Made by a program: the position numbers and the translations under genes. The notes beneath the pieces were generated by a model. The model did not search any database. It worked only from the letters and a program-made list of their open reading frames with translations, and was not told where the DNA came from. A DNA stretch of 64,000 nt from the human T2T-CHM13v2.0 reference genome, Homo sapiens, in assembly GCF_009914755.1 (NCBI RefSeq), contig NC_060935.1. The stretch is one strand, 5' to 3'. Within the stretch, counting starts at the first letter, position 1, and every line of letters starts with the position of its first letter. Shown one piece after another: positions 1 through 13,269 of this stretch.

Positions 1-795
1 GGTTATGTTAGAGGGTATAATGGAATGGTAAAGAAAGCATCCTTTAGGTCGATTACCGTATAGTGGGTGGTGTTGGAGGGGATGAGGGAGAGAAGTGTAT
101 GGGGGTTAGGGACCATGGGGTGAATAGGGAGGACAGCCTGATTGATGGCTCAGAGGTCCTGAATGAGTTGATATGAGCAGTCAGATTTTCTAACGGGGAA
201 GATGGAGGTGTTATATGGAGAATGTGTTGGTCTAAGAAGACGGCGTGAGCAGAGCTTGTTTATGATGGGTTGTAAGCCTTTTTGGTGTGTTAGGGAAATG
301 GGGTATTGGGGAATGTTGGGAAATTTAGAGGGGTCTTTTAACTGTATTTTGATGGGGTCCTGGTGAGCAGCTATGGAAGGGGTGGTGGTGTTTCACACTA
401 CTGGGTTAACGAGAGAGGTGGGTAGCGGGTGCTGGGTGGGGGGGTCAGGGGCCGTACTAGCAGAGAGGAGCAGGAGGGACTCTGGTTGCGGTGGGCAGGA
501 AGAGGTGATAGAAGCTTTGAATTTGGCTAAAATGTTTCGGCCTACGATGGGAGTGGGGCAGTGAAGCATGATAAGGAAGGAGTGTGAAGAAATATAGTAT
601 TAGACAGGGAACAAGTAAGGGATTCAGTAGCGTGTCGATGTGAGACGAGACCTGGGAAGGGTAAGTGGGTGCTAAAAATTTAGATAAAGCCGAGTAGCTG
701 GCCCTGCTATCGATTAGAAAAGAGATCGGCTTACCTGCTATTAGCAGAGTTACCCTGGGCTCTGATGCAGATAGGGCCAAGGGTCCTGGGCTCTG
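1..795 (-). pseudogene. pol: ERV pro-pol remnant (protease active site DTG mutated to DSR; N-terminal reverse transcriptase with stops)
   Basis: ORF 457..780(-) is retropepsin-like with DSR at 703-711. RT motifs SPYNTSIFPVRK, QDL*AIN and IDLKDAFF lie in 1-320. Confidence 0.88.
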
Positions 796-1506
796 TCAGT
801 CTTCAGCAGCAGGGCCAAGGAGCTGTGGTAGGGTGAGCGATTTTTCACTCCTTACCTTGCAAGGTTTTGAGGAGTTGATCTGTTAGCCTGGTTGTTAAGA
901 GGACAATCAGACTTCCAGTGACTGCTTCATTGGCAGGCTGGACAAGGAGTTTTTGGTGTCCTTGGGCTGGGACATGCCCTCGCCCAGTGGCCTTCTTGGC
1001 TGCATTTAAAACAGGCCACAGAAGGGAGGCTGCTATCGGGTCTTTTGTGCCCTTGGGTGCTATTGCCAGGTTGGCGAATAGCCGCGGCTAGTAGCTGACA
1101 TTTGGCACGATCTCGTTGGGCTTTATTTTTTCTTGTTCATCCCTATTATTAAAGACTTTGAAAGCCAGGTTGAGAAGGTCTTGTGGGGTTTGAGGGCCAT
1201 CTTCAGGCTTTTTAAGTTTGCACCATATGTTAGGAGCAGACTGAGAGATAAAATGGGTATTAAGAACAATAGTTTTTTCCCGGGAGGTGGGGTCAACATG
1301 GGTATATTTTTGGAGGGCCTCTGTAAGGCGGGAAAGAAATTCAGCAGGGTTTTCATCAGCTCTTTGAGGGATATCTTTGAGTTTTTCATAATTTGCAGCC
1401 TTATGGGTTGCTTTGTTAAGGCCTGCGATGAGACAAGTAGTCATATGGTTATGAGATGCCCGGCCGGGGTCTGTGGGTTGGTACTCCCAAGGGGGCTCCT
1501 TGGGAG
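796..1506 (-). pseudogene. gag: ERV gag remnant (capsid C-terminus plus two zinc knuckles), 5'-truncated and frameshifted
   Basis: ORF 1088..1513(-) matches gammaretroviral p30. The knuckles lie in a different frame and the second has an internal stop. Confidence 0.88.
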
Positions 1507-1597
1507 ATAACATTTTATTTCAAAAATACAAGACTTTTAGATTGAAAAGCAAAGATCCACAGTATATTCAAAAGTCTAAATATAAGATTAAAGATTA

Positions 1598-1900
1598 CAA
1601 GCATGAGTCATGCCTCTAATCCCAGCACTTTGGGAGGTCGAGGCAGGAGGATCAATCACTTCAGCCCAGGATTTCAAGACCAGCCTGGGCAACATAGTGA
1701 GACCCTGTCTCTACAAAAACAAACAAACAAAAAATACTAATAGCCAGGTGTGGTGGCACATGCTGTAATCCCAGTTACTCAGGAGACTAAGGTGGGAGAA
1801 TCACCTGAGACTGAGAGGCCAAGACTTGAGTGAGCTGTAATCATGCCACTGCACTCCAGCCTGGGCAAAAGAGCAAGACCGTTGTCTTAAAAAAACAGAA
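1598..1900 (+). mobile_element. Alu SINE (old, AluJ-like)
   Basis: TAATCCCAGCACTTTGGGAGG, CAGCCTGGGCAACATAGTGAGACCC, A-rich linker, right arm and A tail. Confidence 0.95.
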
Positions 1901-2162
1901 AATTTACACTCACAAGAAAGAAATTCTATAGAACATCTAAGACTAAAAATTCGGAAGTCATATAGTTATAGAAGTATACTATAAATTACTTTATTAAAAG
2001 GATATGGTGAATGATAAATTAGTGCAAATCTCAGAACTGATGGAAAGGCATCATGTAAGTGTGAAGAGAGATTCTGCCTATCTGTTTAGCTGCTAGTGAT
2101 ACAATTAAAGTAAAAAGATAATGTTTGAAAATTTAGAAAGAGGACTATTATTCTGGGCCTCA

Positions 2163-2462
2163 TTTTTTGTTTGTTTTGTTTTGTTTTTTAACTTACTTTA
2201 TTTTCAACTTTTATTTTAGATTCAAAGGGTACATTTGCAGGTTTGATACAAAAGTATATTGCATCATGCTGAGGTTTGGGTTTCTGTTGATCACTTCACC
2301 CCGGTAGTGAGCATAGTACCCAATAGGTGTTTTTCAACCCTTGCCTCCCTTCCCCCCTCCGTATTCCCCAGTGTCTATTGTTCCCACCTTTATGTTCATG
2401 TGTACCAATGTTTAACTCCCACTTACAAGTGAGAACATGCAGTATTTGGTTATCTGTTTCAA
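2163..2462 (-). mobile_element. L1 3' end (older primate L1PA/L1PB-like), 5'-truncated
   Basis: T-rich tail, then TTTTATTTTAGATTCA..GGTACAT..GCAGGTTTG and GTGAGAACATGCAGTATTTGGTT, typical of an antisense L1 3'UTR. Confidence 0.85.
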
Positions 2463-3002
2463 CATTTCACTTAGGAGAGTGGCTGGGCCTCATTTTGACC
2501 AATGGAGAGAAACTGCTTGCTTGCATGTTTGCCTTGTTTTTACCTCCTTTCTGTCCTTTAAAGGCCATCAGGTACACAGAGTTAAGTGAATCATCTTGTT
2601 CCTCATTTCATGCATGGTATCCTATCTCACTAGTATGCATGGGTTTTGTTTTATTATTTTCCACCTTATTCACCCATTCCTAATCTCAGTCATCTCCTCC
2701 ACAGTTATGTTTATGTATATCCTTCCAGATTTCTGCCCTTACTTCAATAATGTAATCTTTGACCCTTGACTCTTCTCTCTCTCTGCATCCAATCTATTAG
2801 CATGTCCTGTCAACTGTGTCTTCAAAATGTATCCAAATACCACTTTTGCAACCTTCATCTTTACATGCTAGCCTACATTACCCACATTTCTTGCCACAGC
2901 TGTTGGGATAGCCTCGTAATTGGTCTTGCTCTTTGCTCTTTGGTCCTTGCTCCTTGTTGGCTCCTGTTTTTCTTCAACATAGCCCTAGTGACTTTTTCAA
3001 CA

Positions 3003-3203
3003 TAGTACTGTCCAGTAGAATTTTCTGCAGTGATGGAAATTTTCTGTATCTGTGCTGTGTAATGTAGTGGCCACTAGCCACATGCAGCGAATGAATACAT
3101 GAAATGTGACTAGTAAGACCAAGGCACTGAATTTTAATTTTATTTTTCTTTAGTTAATTTAAGTAGCCATATATAATTAGTGGCTATCTTGTTAGGCAGT
3201 CCA
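3003..3203 (+). mobile_element. MER3-like hAT-Charlie MITE
   Basis: CTGTCCAGTAGAATTTTCTGCAGTGATGGAAAT...GCCACTAGCCACATG...TAGTGGCTA matches the recalled MER3 consensus over about 200 bp. Confidence 0.8.
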
Positions 3204-3499
3204 GTTTTACAGTATGAGTCGGCTCTTATCACTACTCTGCATCAAACTCTCCAATGATTCCCCAACTCATTCAGGATAGTAAATCCACGACCCTACAAGG
3301 CCTTACCTAATCTGATCGCTATCTCTCTCTCTCATCTCACTGGATCTCATTGAGGTTGGGGAAAGGGGAAAGGGAATATCAAGAATGTTTTCCAGGATTC
3401 TGATGTTAGACTTAGGATAGTCCAATCTACTGAAGTAAGTAAACATAATCATATGTCCGATAATATTTATTGAAAGCTTTTTCCAAATCTCAACACCGT

Positions 3500-3950
3500 C
3501 TATGAACTTGAGCACCTGCTATGAGCCTAGCATTATGCTAAGTTCTAGATTATTGTAGTGAACAAAGCAGACGTTAACCTTGCCATTGTGTAGCTTACGG
3601 TCCAATAAGAAAGCACATAATTTTTTTTAAACAAGCAAACAAATATATATGTAGTTAAATATAAAGAAAAAACATTTTCTATGGCAGAAGCTAAGTGGGC
3701 AGAGAGGGCAGTGGGTATACCTTGAGTTGTGTTCACTCAAAGTCTTTCTAAGTGGAAACATTTTAGCTGAGACCCAACTGAGAAGAAGGTAATCATGCAA
3801 TGGGCACTGGGCCAAGAAGTATTATTGTCAGAAGGAATAGCAGATGTGCTAATAAAGGAAGGAACTTGGTGTTTTCAAGGATTTAAACGGCCAATGTGGC
3901 TGAAATAGTGTGAGCGATGGAAAGAGCTATGTGGAGGTGAGTTCAGGTGG
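3500..3950 (-). mobile_element. L2 LINE fragment
   Basis: TTGAGCACCTGCTATG..CTAG...GTGAACAAAGCAGAC...TGAGACC pattern of an antisense L2 3' end. Confidence 0.65.
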
Positions 3951-5553
3951 CAAAGAAAGATCAATAACTGGAAGGGGTTTGGGGTGAAATAAGATTTTTT
4001 TTGCTCTGTTTTATTTAATTTATTTAAATGTCAATGCAAAAAAAATTAATAAAGAGGGAATGGATGAAGATGTAGAAAAGAAAGCAGCAGTTTCTGAAGA
4101 TATGTACTGATGACTTCTCTTAGTGAAATAATAGGCATAGCTATCCACTAGGGAGTGGTTACTTACCTCTTGGGAGTTTGGGTTGAATCGAGAAACTTAA
4201 AAAGGGTTATTTCATAGACCGGAAGAATACACTGACTACAGAAATCTCAAATGGTTGGAGTGGTGCCAGTCTATCAGATTGTGTGACTTTCTTGCTTCTG
4301 TGCTAAGATTCCTGGGTTGAAATTTTGCAAGGTGGAGTGAGTAGGACAAAGAACAAAGAAGTTTAAACGATTAAAAACAGTGAACAAAATGTTGGATCAT
4401 GAACTTTAGGCTGAAGAAAAACAACTGAAGACAATTGCTGTTGATACATATGTATATAAGGAGAAAGAGAAGGGGCAGTACACTGGTAGTAGATTTACTA
4501 ATCTTAATAGTGGAGGTAAATGAAGAAAGCAAGCTACTAAAATAAGTAATATTGGGTGAGAATAAGATGTTTGAATTAGGACTGTAAGCCAGGTGCAGAG
4601 TCTTCAGTTAACAGTAAGGAAAATGTCCAGGAGCTTGATAAAGACAGCAACTTAAAAGGAGAATGGCTGGGGGTTAGCTATATGTAAAAGAAGCATGGAT
4701 TTGTTTGTTAGTTTCATTTTCCTAGGAAGTGGAGGAGGAGTGATTTGAAAGTGATACTGGAAAACAAAGAGAATACCAACCAAATGTCCCAAATATTGAG
4801 GAAAAGATTCTAAGCTGCAGCTTTATTTGGTTAGGCTCAAGTGTCTACCACCTTTCGAGGGAAATTCCGTCGTGCTTTGGAGGGTGGTGGGCACTGTGGC
4901 TTTTATTAGGGTCTAAGGCTAATGGAAGCTGTAAAAACTGCAGCAATGGCTGTAGAGAGGTGGCTCTGCAGAAGTTTTTTCTGTATAAGAGATCAGGGGT
5001 GGTTACTGGGCTTTGCATCCATGATATAATGGAGTGAAAAAGCAGATTATAGAAATAGGATAAATAGCAGAATCCTATTTACATAAAATTTTGTATAGCT
5101 TATCCCAAATTCTTTTCTAACACTAATTCAGGAGATGTTAATTTAGCTTCCAAAAACCTAGTGATATGCAGTCAAATAAGCTCATGAAAGACTGCAAACT
5201 AAATCCCCTTCCTAGATTATCTAAGAGATTCACAGTATACATTAGTATTTGAAAGGCTGTGAGGGAAATGCCAAACATTATTGAAATACATAGTAATAAT
5301 AATCCTCTTTACATTTGTTTATTGGTAAAACTCTTCTTTTTAGAATCAAAAACATTTTTATCAGCATACTTCTTAACATCCTGCAATCGTTTTTCTCAGT
5401 AAGAAACAGGACTGGTATAGAGAGATGTCTTACAGGATATTCACCAAACTGTTAACAATATTTGCCTCTGGGTGGTGGATTCCGGATAAGTTTTTTTTTA
5501 TTATTATTCTTTGTATGTTTTATACGTTTGAATTTTTATGATGAACAAGAGTC

Positions 5554-5899
<346 letters not shown>

Positions 5900-6189
5900 T
5901 AATCATTTGGTAATAAAATAGTAAATTCTTACCTTATATCTCACATCATATTATATTTCCATAGAGTTAAAGAGATAAATATAATAAATGAAATTATTAA
6001 AATAATCGCAGAAAATATGAATGAATGTCTTAAATTCTTGGAGTTGAGAAATAGCAATGAGTATATCTCATGCTCAGATCTAAATGCCATTCTCCATTCA
6101 AAGGCACTGGGACTCTTTGGAGAAATGGTTGATGGAAGAGAAGGGAAAAGATATGCCTGGAACATCTTTTTATGTGTAGAAGTTCTTAA

Positions 6190-7050
6190 AGAATGATGAT
6201 GGCATATCAAAAGGACACAGAAGCCAGCCCAAAGGAGTTCTCACTGGGCATGTTGGCCAATTTGAGCATCAAAATAAATAATGATAGCAATGGATTTAAT
6301 AAAATAGGAAGCTATAAGTACATACTGATATAAATAAATAAATGAATAAATTGAAAGTTTTTTGAGGTATAAGATAACTTACATAGCCAGAAAGTACCAT
6401 CCCACAAAATACTTATTAACTACAAAGGGGAAAAGAATAATTTTACAGTGGAGAAGACTAGAAGAATTGCCTTAATCAAGTTAACATCACCAGTAGTGGG
6501 GATGATCAAAAGCATGTATCACCAGATAATACGCAATGAGAACTCAGCAATATTTCTGTGATATTTCCACCAAAAATTAATAATTCAAATGTAATCACGA
6601 AGAAGCATCACACAAATCCAAATTGGAAACATTCTACCAAACATCTGGACTATAATCCTCAAAAGTGTCAAGATCATGAAAGTTAAGGTAAATCTAACGA
6701 ACTTCCATATTGAAGGAGACTGAAGAGAACAAATGACAACTGAATACAACAGGTGATTCTAAGCTATTTCGTTTTGCTGTATAGGATGATATTGGAACAA
6801 CTGCTGAAACTTGAATGGGGTGTGAGGATTAGATGGTAGTCTCAGTTTCCTCCTTTTACCAGTATGCCAGGTCAGATGGTTGTATTGTTCTCCTCTAGAA
6901 GAATGTCCTTGTTTGTAGGAATCATATCCTAAATTATTAAGAAGTGATAAGTCATCAGGTCAGCAACTTACTCTCAAGTGGAATGGGAAAAAAAAGATTT
7001 TTTGTTCTATATTTGCAACTTTTATGTAAGTTTGAGATGGTTTCAAAATT
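6190..7050 (+). mobile_element. Ancient L1 (L1MC/MD-like) 3' region
   Basis: AAAGGACACAGAAGCCAG, TTTGAGCATCAAAATAAATAATGATAG, and terminal TTGCAACTTTT.TGTAAGTTTGA. Confidence 0.75.
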
Positions 7051-7939
7051 TCAAAAATTACATACATGCATATATTTCATTAAATTATGGTTATGTTTAA
7101 ATGGGTAAGAAAAAATTGAATACCCTACTTCAAAACAGGCAAAAGGTTAACGTTAAGAGGATGTTCTCAGAAAAAGATACAGAAATGACCAATAAATGTC
7201 ACTACATCAAAAGAAATGTAAACCAGAACCAAAGAGATAGCACTTAGCATACAGTAGCTGGCATAGTAAAGGGTTAATGAATTTTAGCCATCATAATTGT
7301 TATTATTTCTGTTTATATTTTGAAATTTATTATAAGAAATGTATTTTTATTAGAAGATAAATCAATAAAGTTATTTTTACTTCGAAAAAAATGTAACTAC
7401 TTGGGCAAATATTTTTCATCTGAACACAATCAGCTTTTTTTTTTCCCCTATCCCACTTTTTCATTTAAGAAAAGTTTATTTGGAGATCAATTCTCCTTAG
7501 ATGTAGGCCCCTAAATGAACAGTGGCTATATTTCATGTTTCTCACACACAACTTAGCTCACTTTTCAATGTGAGTTAAAAGATTTGATAACATATTGTCC
7601 TTATTGCTACTCACTGAGCAAGTGGTAATTTTGTATTAGTCCCATCCCTTCATACCTCTTTAATTGCATACCTTGTTCCATCTAGTCATCCCACCCAATC
7701 ACCTTCCATCCTGCAACTGGAGTGTTACTATATTATATTGACTTCATGGGGATTGATCATAACTAAGTTAATGAGAACTGATTTTTCTGTCAAGTACTAT
7801 TTTTATTTTTTCATATTACATTTGTTATCTCATTTAATTCTTCAAAAATCCTATGACATTAGTAGTATCCCCAGTTTGAAAAGAGGGAAATAGAAACAAC
7901 AGATTTAGTTTACTTAAAGTTACACAGGGACTAAAACTC

Positions 7940-9440
7940 AAGGGACCCCAGACAGCCAAACTACTCTTGAAAAAGACCAAAGTTGGAAGTTTTATACTTC
8001 CTAATTTCAGAACATGTTACATAGCTACAGTAATTAAAACATTGTGGTATAAAGTAAAAATTGCGTATAAGGACAGATACACAAACCAATAGAATAGATA
8101 GCCCAAAAATAAATTTTGGTATATATGGTCAAATAATCTTCAACAGGGTACCAAGGTCACTCACAAGGACTGTTTAACAAATGGGAAGACTGGGTATCTA
8201 CATGCAAAAAAATAAAAATAAAAATGAAGATAGATCCCTGTCTTACATCATATGCAAAAATTAAAATGGATTAAAGACCTAAACATAAGATTCAAAACTA
8301 TTAAAATCCTGGAAGAAAACATAGGGGAAACATTTCATAATCTTGGATTCGGCCATTATTTCTTGGATATGACACCAAAAGCACAAACAATAAAAGCAAA
8401 AATAGACAAATAGGATGACATCAAACTTAAACTTTTGTGCATGAAAGGACTTAATCAACAGTGAAAAGGCAACGTAAGAAATGGTAAAAAATATTTGCAA
8501 ATTATATATCTCATAAGAGGCCAATATCCAGAATAAAGAACTCCTACGACTTGACAACATAAAAACAAATAACCTGACTTTATAAAATAGGCAAAGGACT
8601 TGAATAGACATTTCTCCAAAGATGATATACAGAAGGCTAACAAGCATATCAATAAGTGCTATCACTAACCATTAGACAAATACAAGTCAAAACCACAAGA
8701 TACCCCCTCACATCTGTTAGGATAAAAATGAAAAATAGGAAAGGAAAAAGTAAAAAAGAACAGAAAAGATCAAGTGTTGGTTAGGATGTGGAGAAATTGG
8801 AACCCTTGTGCACTATTTGGGTTGTAAAATGTGTAACTGCTATGGAAAACAGCATGGCAGTTTCTCAAAACCGTATGATCCAACAATCCCACTTCTAGGT
8901 ATATGTCCAAAAAAATGGAAAGCAGGGATTTGAAGAGATATTTGGACACCCATGTTCATAGCAGCATTATTTGCAGTTGGCAAGAGGTGATAGTAGTGCA
9001 AATGTCCACCAACTGATGAACTGATAAATAAAATATACCATATAATGAAATGTTATTTAGCCTTAAAAATGATGGAAATACATATTTCATGTATAAATAC
9101 ATATGTAAAAATACATATTACAACATGAGTGAACCTTGACATTGTACTAAGTGAAATCAGTTACAAAAAGATAAATATGATTCTACTCATATGAGATATC
9201 TAAAGTAGTCAAATTTCACAGAAACCAAAAATGGAATGGTAGTTACCAGGGGTTGAGGGAAAGAGGGAAGTGAGGAGTTGTTGTTTCTTGTTTCATGGAT
9301 AAGCAGTTTCAGTTTTACAAGATAAAAAAGTTCTGGAGATCTGTTTAACTTAATGTTAAGTTGTGCAACATATATACTCAAAAGTGGTTAAGATAGTAAA
9401 TTTTATGTTATATGGGTTTTTTAACCACAATTAAAAAGAA
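7940..9440 (+). mobile_element. L1 (L1MB-like) ORF2 end plus 3'UTR
   Basis: ATAGCTACAGTAATTAAAACATTGTGGTA, GAAGAAAACATAGGGGAAA, GACATTTCTCCAAAGATGATATACA; ends TTTTATGTTATATG..ACCACAATTAAAAA. Confidence 0.9.
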
Positions 9441-9589
9441 AAATGGGGAAAAACAGATTGGATTTGAAAATCAGCATATTCTGTTAATAGAAGATAAATC
9501 AAAACCAAACAAAGAAATACTCAAAGTAAAATGACAAATAAAGATATTCCAAGCCAAAAAAAAGTTAAAAAAAAAAAAACACCCCAAAA

Positions 9590-10745
9590 GCAAAAACAAA
9601 ATGAGATACCACTTCACATCCTCTAGGATAGCTAGAATTAAAGAATCAGATAATAACAAGTGTTGACAAGGATGTGAAGAAATCAAAACCATCATACATA
9701 GCTGATGAGAACATAAAATAGTAGTCTTTTGGACTGGTACACTCTGGCGTTTCTCAAAAAGTTAAAGTTACCATTTGACCCAGAAATTCTACTCCTAGGT
9801 ATATCCCCAAGAGGATTAAAACAGAACCTTTTTTTGGTACATTTATGTACAAAAACCTGTACATAAATGTTCATAACAGCATTATTCATAATAGCTCACA
9901 AGTGGAAACAACCCAGATGTCCCTCAACTGATGAGTGGATAAAAAATGTTATATCCATACAATGTAATATTTATTTCACCATAAAAAGGAATGAAGTACT
10001 GATACAGGGTACAGCTCAGATGAATCCTTTAAACATTATAGTAAGTGAGAGAAAACAATTGTCTTAGTCCGTTTTGTGCTGCTATAACACAATACCGTAG
10101 ACTAAGTAATGTATAAACAATAGAAATTTATTTCTCATAGTTCTGAAAGTTTGAAAGCCCAAGGTCAAGTTGCCAGCATGTTTGGTGTCGGTTAAGGACC
10201 GAGTCTCCACTTCCAACACGGTAGTTTGAACACTGCACTTTCCAGAGGGGAGGAACCCTGTTCCTCACATGGCAAAAGAATGGAAGAACCAGGAGAGTGA
10301 GAAAGGACTGAACTCACCCTTTTGTACTGGCACCAATCCTGCCCATGATGGTGGAGCCCTTATGGCCAAATCACCTTTCAAAGGTCCCACCACTTAATAC
10401 GGTAACAATGGCAACTAAATTTCAACATGAGTTTTAAAGGGGACCGACATTCAAACCATAGTACCCTTCATAAAAGACAACATATTACATGATTTCGTTT
10501 GTGTGAAATAATAATATGAAATATAGAGAGGCAGAAAGTACATTAATGGTTCCTTAGGGCTAGGAGAATTGGAGGGAGTTGATAAAACAGGTATGAGATT
10601 CCTTTTTGAAGGAATGAAAATATTCTAAAATTATGGTAATACTTAAATAGCTGTCAATATACTAGAACTATTGAACTGTACACTTTCAGTGGGTGAATTA
10701 TATGGTACCTGAATTCTATCTCAATAAAGTTGTTACCAAAAAAAA
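9590..10745 (+). mobile_element. L1 (L1MB/ME-like) 3' end interrupted by an MST LTR
   Basis: ATGAGATACCACTTCACATCC, TGTTCATAACAGCATTATTCATAATAGC; ends TATCTCAATAAAG..AAAA. Confidence 0.85.
10060..10463 (-). mobile_element. ERVL-MaLR solo LTR (MST-like)
   Basis: TGTCTTAGTCCGTTTTGTGCTGCTATAAC...CATTCAAACCATAGTA; about 400 bp with MaLR termini. Confidence 0.88.
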
Positions 10746-11195
10746 GAAAACAGACCAATTGAATTTAGCCATTGGAGGTCATCAGTCACCATAATAAAAG
10801 CAGTTTTAATGGATGGGATGGGGGTGGTCACATACTACTTGGAATGGATTTAAGTGAAAATGTAAGGAGAGGATTGGAGGCACTGAATTTTAGAAAATTT
10901 AAGGGGTTTGGTGCAGAAAAATAGAGTAGTAGCTGGTAAATGAGATGGGACAAGTGGTGGTTTTATTTTTTCAAGGGAGAGATAACGATATGTTTATATA
11001 TTATAGGAAACAATCAGTAGAAAAGGAGAAGTTAATAATGAAGGAGAGAGGAGAGAATTGCCCAAGTGATATTTTATGGTATGAGGCCCGTGCACAGGTG
11101 GAGGTACTGGGTTGGTATAGGAGTTTAGTTAGTTCACATATGGCAGCCTGTGAGAAGACAGAGTATATATTTGGCTACACGTGCTGAGAATGTGG

Positions 11196-11797
11196 TGTCT
11201 TAGTCTGTTCAGGCTACTATAACAAAAATACCATAAACAGCAGCTTATAAATAACAGAAATGTATTTCTTATGGTTCTGGAGGCTGTGAAGTTCCAAGAT
11301 AAGGGTGCCAGCATAGTCAGATTCTGGTGAGGGCCCACTTTCTTCATAGATAGGTGTCTTCTCTGTGTAACCTCGGGCATGGCAGAAGAGGAATACAGGT
11401 TCCCATGGACCTCTTTTAAGACAGTGTTAATCTAATTTATGAGTGCTCCACCCTCATGACCTAATCACCTCCCAAAATTTTCACCTCTGTTTTTTATTGT
11501 TTTTTTTTTTCAACTTTTAAATTCAGGGGTGTAAGTGCAGGTTTGTTACATAAGCAAACTTGTGTCATGGGGGTTTGTTGTATAGATTATGTCATTACTC
11601 AGATATTATGCCTAGTACCCATTAGTTATTTTTCCTGATCCTCTCCCTCTTCCCACCTTTCACCTTCCAAAAGGCCCCAGTGTGTGTTGTTTTCCTTCTT
11701 GTGTCCATGTGTTCTCAAATTCTCACCTTTTAATACTGTTGCATATTAGGGCTCAACATACAAGTGTTGTGGGGACATGAGCATTCAAACCATAGCA
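11196..11797 (-). mobile_element. ERVL-MaLR solo LTR (MLT1A/MST-like) split by an L1 insertion
   Basis: TGTCTTAGTCTGTTCAGGCTACTATAAC...CATTCAAACCATAGCA. Confidence 0.85.
11489..11716 (-). mobile_element. Short L1PA-like 3' end nested in the MaLR LTR, with TSD
   Basis: Poly-T, then TCAGGGGT..GTGCAGGTTTGTTACATA...GTGTCCATGTGTTCTC. Flanked by AAATTTTCACCTCT (11475-11488) and AAATTCTCACCTTT (11717-11730). Confidence 0.88.
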
Positions 11798-13269
11798 GGT
11801 AGAAAATGTGTGCTAGGTGTCCCTTCTGGCTGCTTCTGTTTTCTCATTGAAAGGTTATAAACTGATAATGAAGATGGAGGAAGAGATATTGGAGGTTTCA
11901 ACAAAAAAAGAAAAAGAGAAAGTATGACATTGTCATCTAGGAGAGTGAGGATATGTATAGTGGGAATAGCCTTAAGGGCTTATTGAGGTTTGTGGTCATG
12001 AAGTTAAAGTCATACCAGTCTGTTTCTCTGGCCATTTTTAGCTACATTGAGGCAAGTGTGGAATAGACAGAGAGTTGTGTTTAACAAGAATAGCAGTAAG
12101 TGTGACAAAGCAAGAGAAGAGCAAGGAAGTGAGGATAAGGATTGACCATGGATTGAGATGGTTAATTAATTGAAAGAGCTTATCAAAGCAGGTGAGTGAA
12201 AGGTGTGGTAGACAATGATATAGACATCTCAGCAGGGTCAAATGATTGCCTATGGGTACTAGGTGGAAAGAAAGTAGTGGTTATGTAGAGGGGTGTGCAT
12301 GAAATTGAGATTATAGAGGTATGGCAGTTATTGATAATTACATGGTCTAAAAAACAACCATGGGGATGATCAACTTAAATAGAATGGAGATAAGATTGTT
12401 GGAAGAGAGATCAAAATACTGAAAGGCCAGAGTGTTAGAAAGGTGAGTCATGACCCAGAGTTGGGTAGATGACAGCAACAGTGAAGGGTAGTAGGAGACA
12501 TAGTCTAAAACCTTGTTTACATCAGTAATTAAAGGAAGTCAGAGTGATGTCAAGCTGAGTTATTTTTCATGAAGGATCATAACCCCTCTTAATAGTATCC
12601 CTGTCAGAACCTGCATTGCTTAGACCATACATGTAATTTGTGCATCCTCATAGTTCTTAGTATTTTCCTAGCTGTGGCTCAGAGGTTTCTGCTGGTCATT
12701 GTTCTTCTTGGTGCCCTTAATACATTCCTACACTTTATATGTTCTTAGTTGAACATCCATGGTGAAGATAATCAAACTCAGTATTCTTAGCTGAAAATCA
12801 TCAGAGGAGAAAAATCAGTAAATGACAGCCTTCAGGGTAACAGTAATGAAATTTTTAACTTGAAAATTACTTGTGAATAGACTTCACGGTCTCTATAGTC
12901 ACATGCAAATTATATGCTAATATAACTTTAACTCAGCAAACTATTTTATACAATTAGTTGAGACACTTGATATTTTGCCTACTGCCTTACAAGGGTATCT
13001 CACTATTTGTCATAGATGAATACCTAAAATATATGTGTAAATAGAATTTTGGTAATACAAATCATACTTTCTCATTTATTTGCATAATAATGTCAAAAAT
13101 GCTTCATCTTCACTTTAAATTAATCCTAATTGGGAGTGATAACAGCTTCTCGTCCTAAATGTTTATATCAAGTAGTTAAATCAATACTTAAATATATCAG
13201 AAGTTCTTATTTTTAAAAGCCAAGCAATGACTGATTTTAATGAGAAAAATCATATTTGAAACCATATGA

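Larger units (their letters stand above)
1..1506 (-). mobile_element. Defective class I (gammaretrovirus-like, HERV-H/HERV-F group) endogenous retrovirus internal fragment: gag (CA-NC), pro and start of pol; runs off the left edge of the window
   Basis: Minus-strand translation gives capsid MHR-like QRADENPAEFLSRLTEAL and HFISQSAP...GPQTPQDLLNLAFKVFNNRD. Two CCHC knuckles follow: CFKCSQEGHWARAC (972-1013) and CPACQ*SSHWKSDC (903-944). Gag ends AAED-TGA (796-798). Protease reads SEPRVTLLIAGKPISFLIDSRASYSAL, and RT reads PQYPIS...IDLKDAFFTIPL (30-53). Stops and frameshifts are present. Confidence 0.93.

Noticed and set aside
1133-1510. 125-aa plus-strand ORF
   Set aside because: Antisense shadow of the ERV gag remnant.
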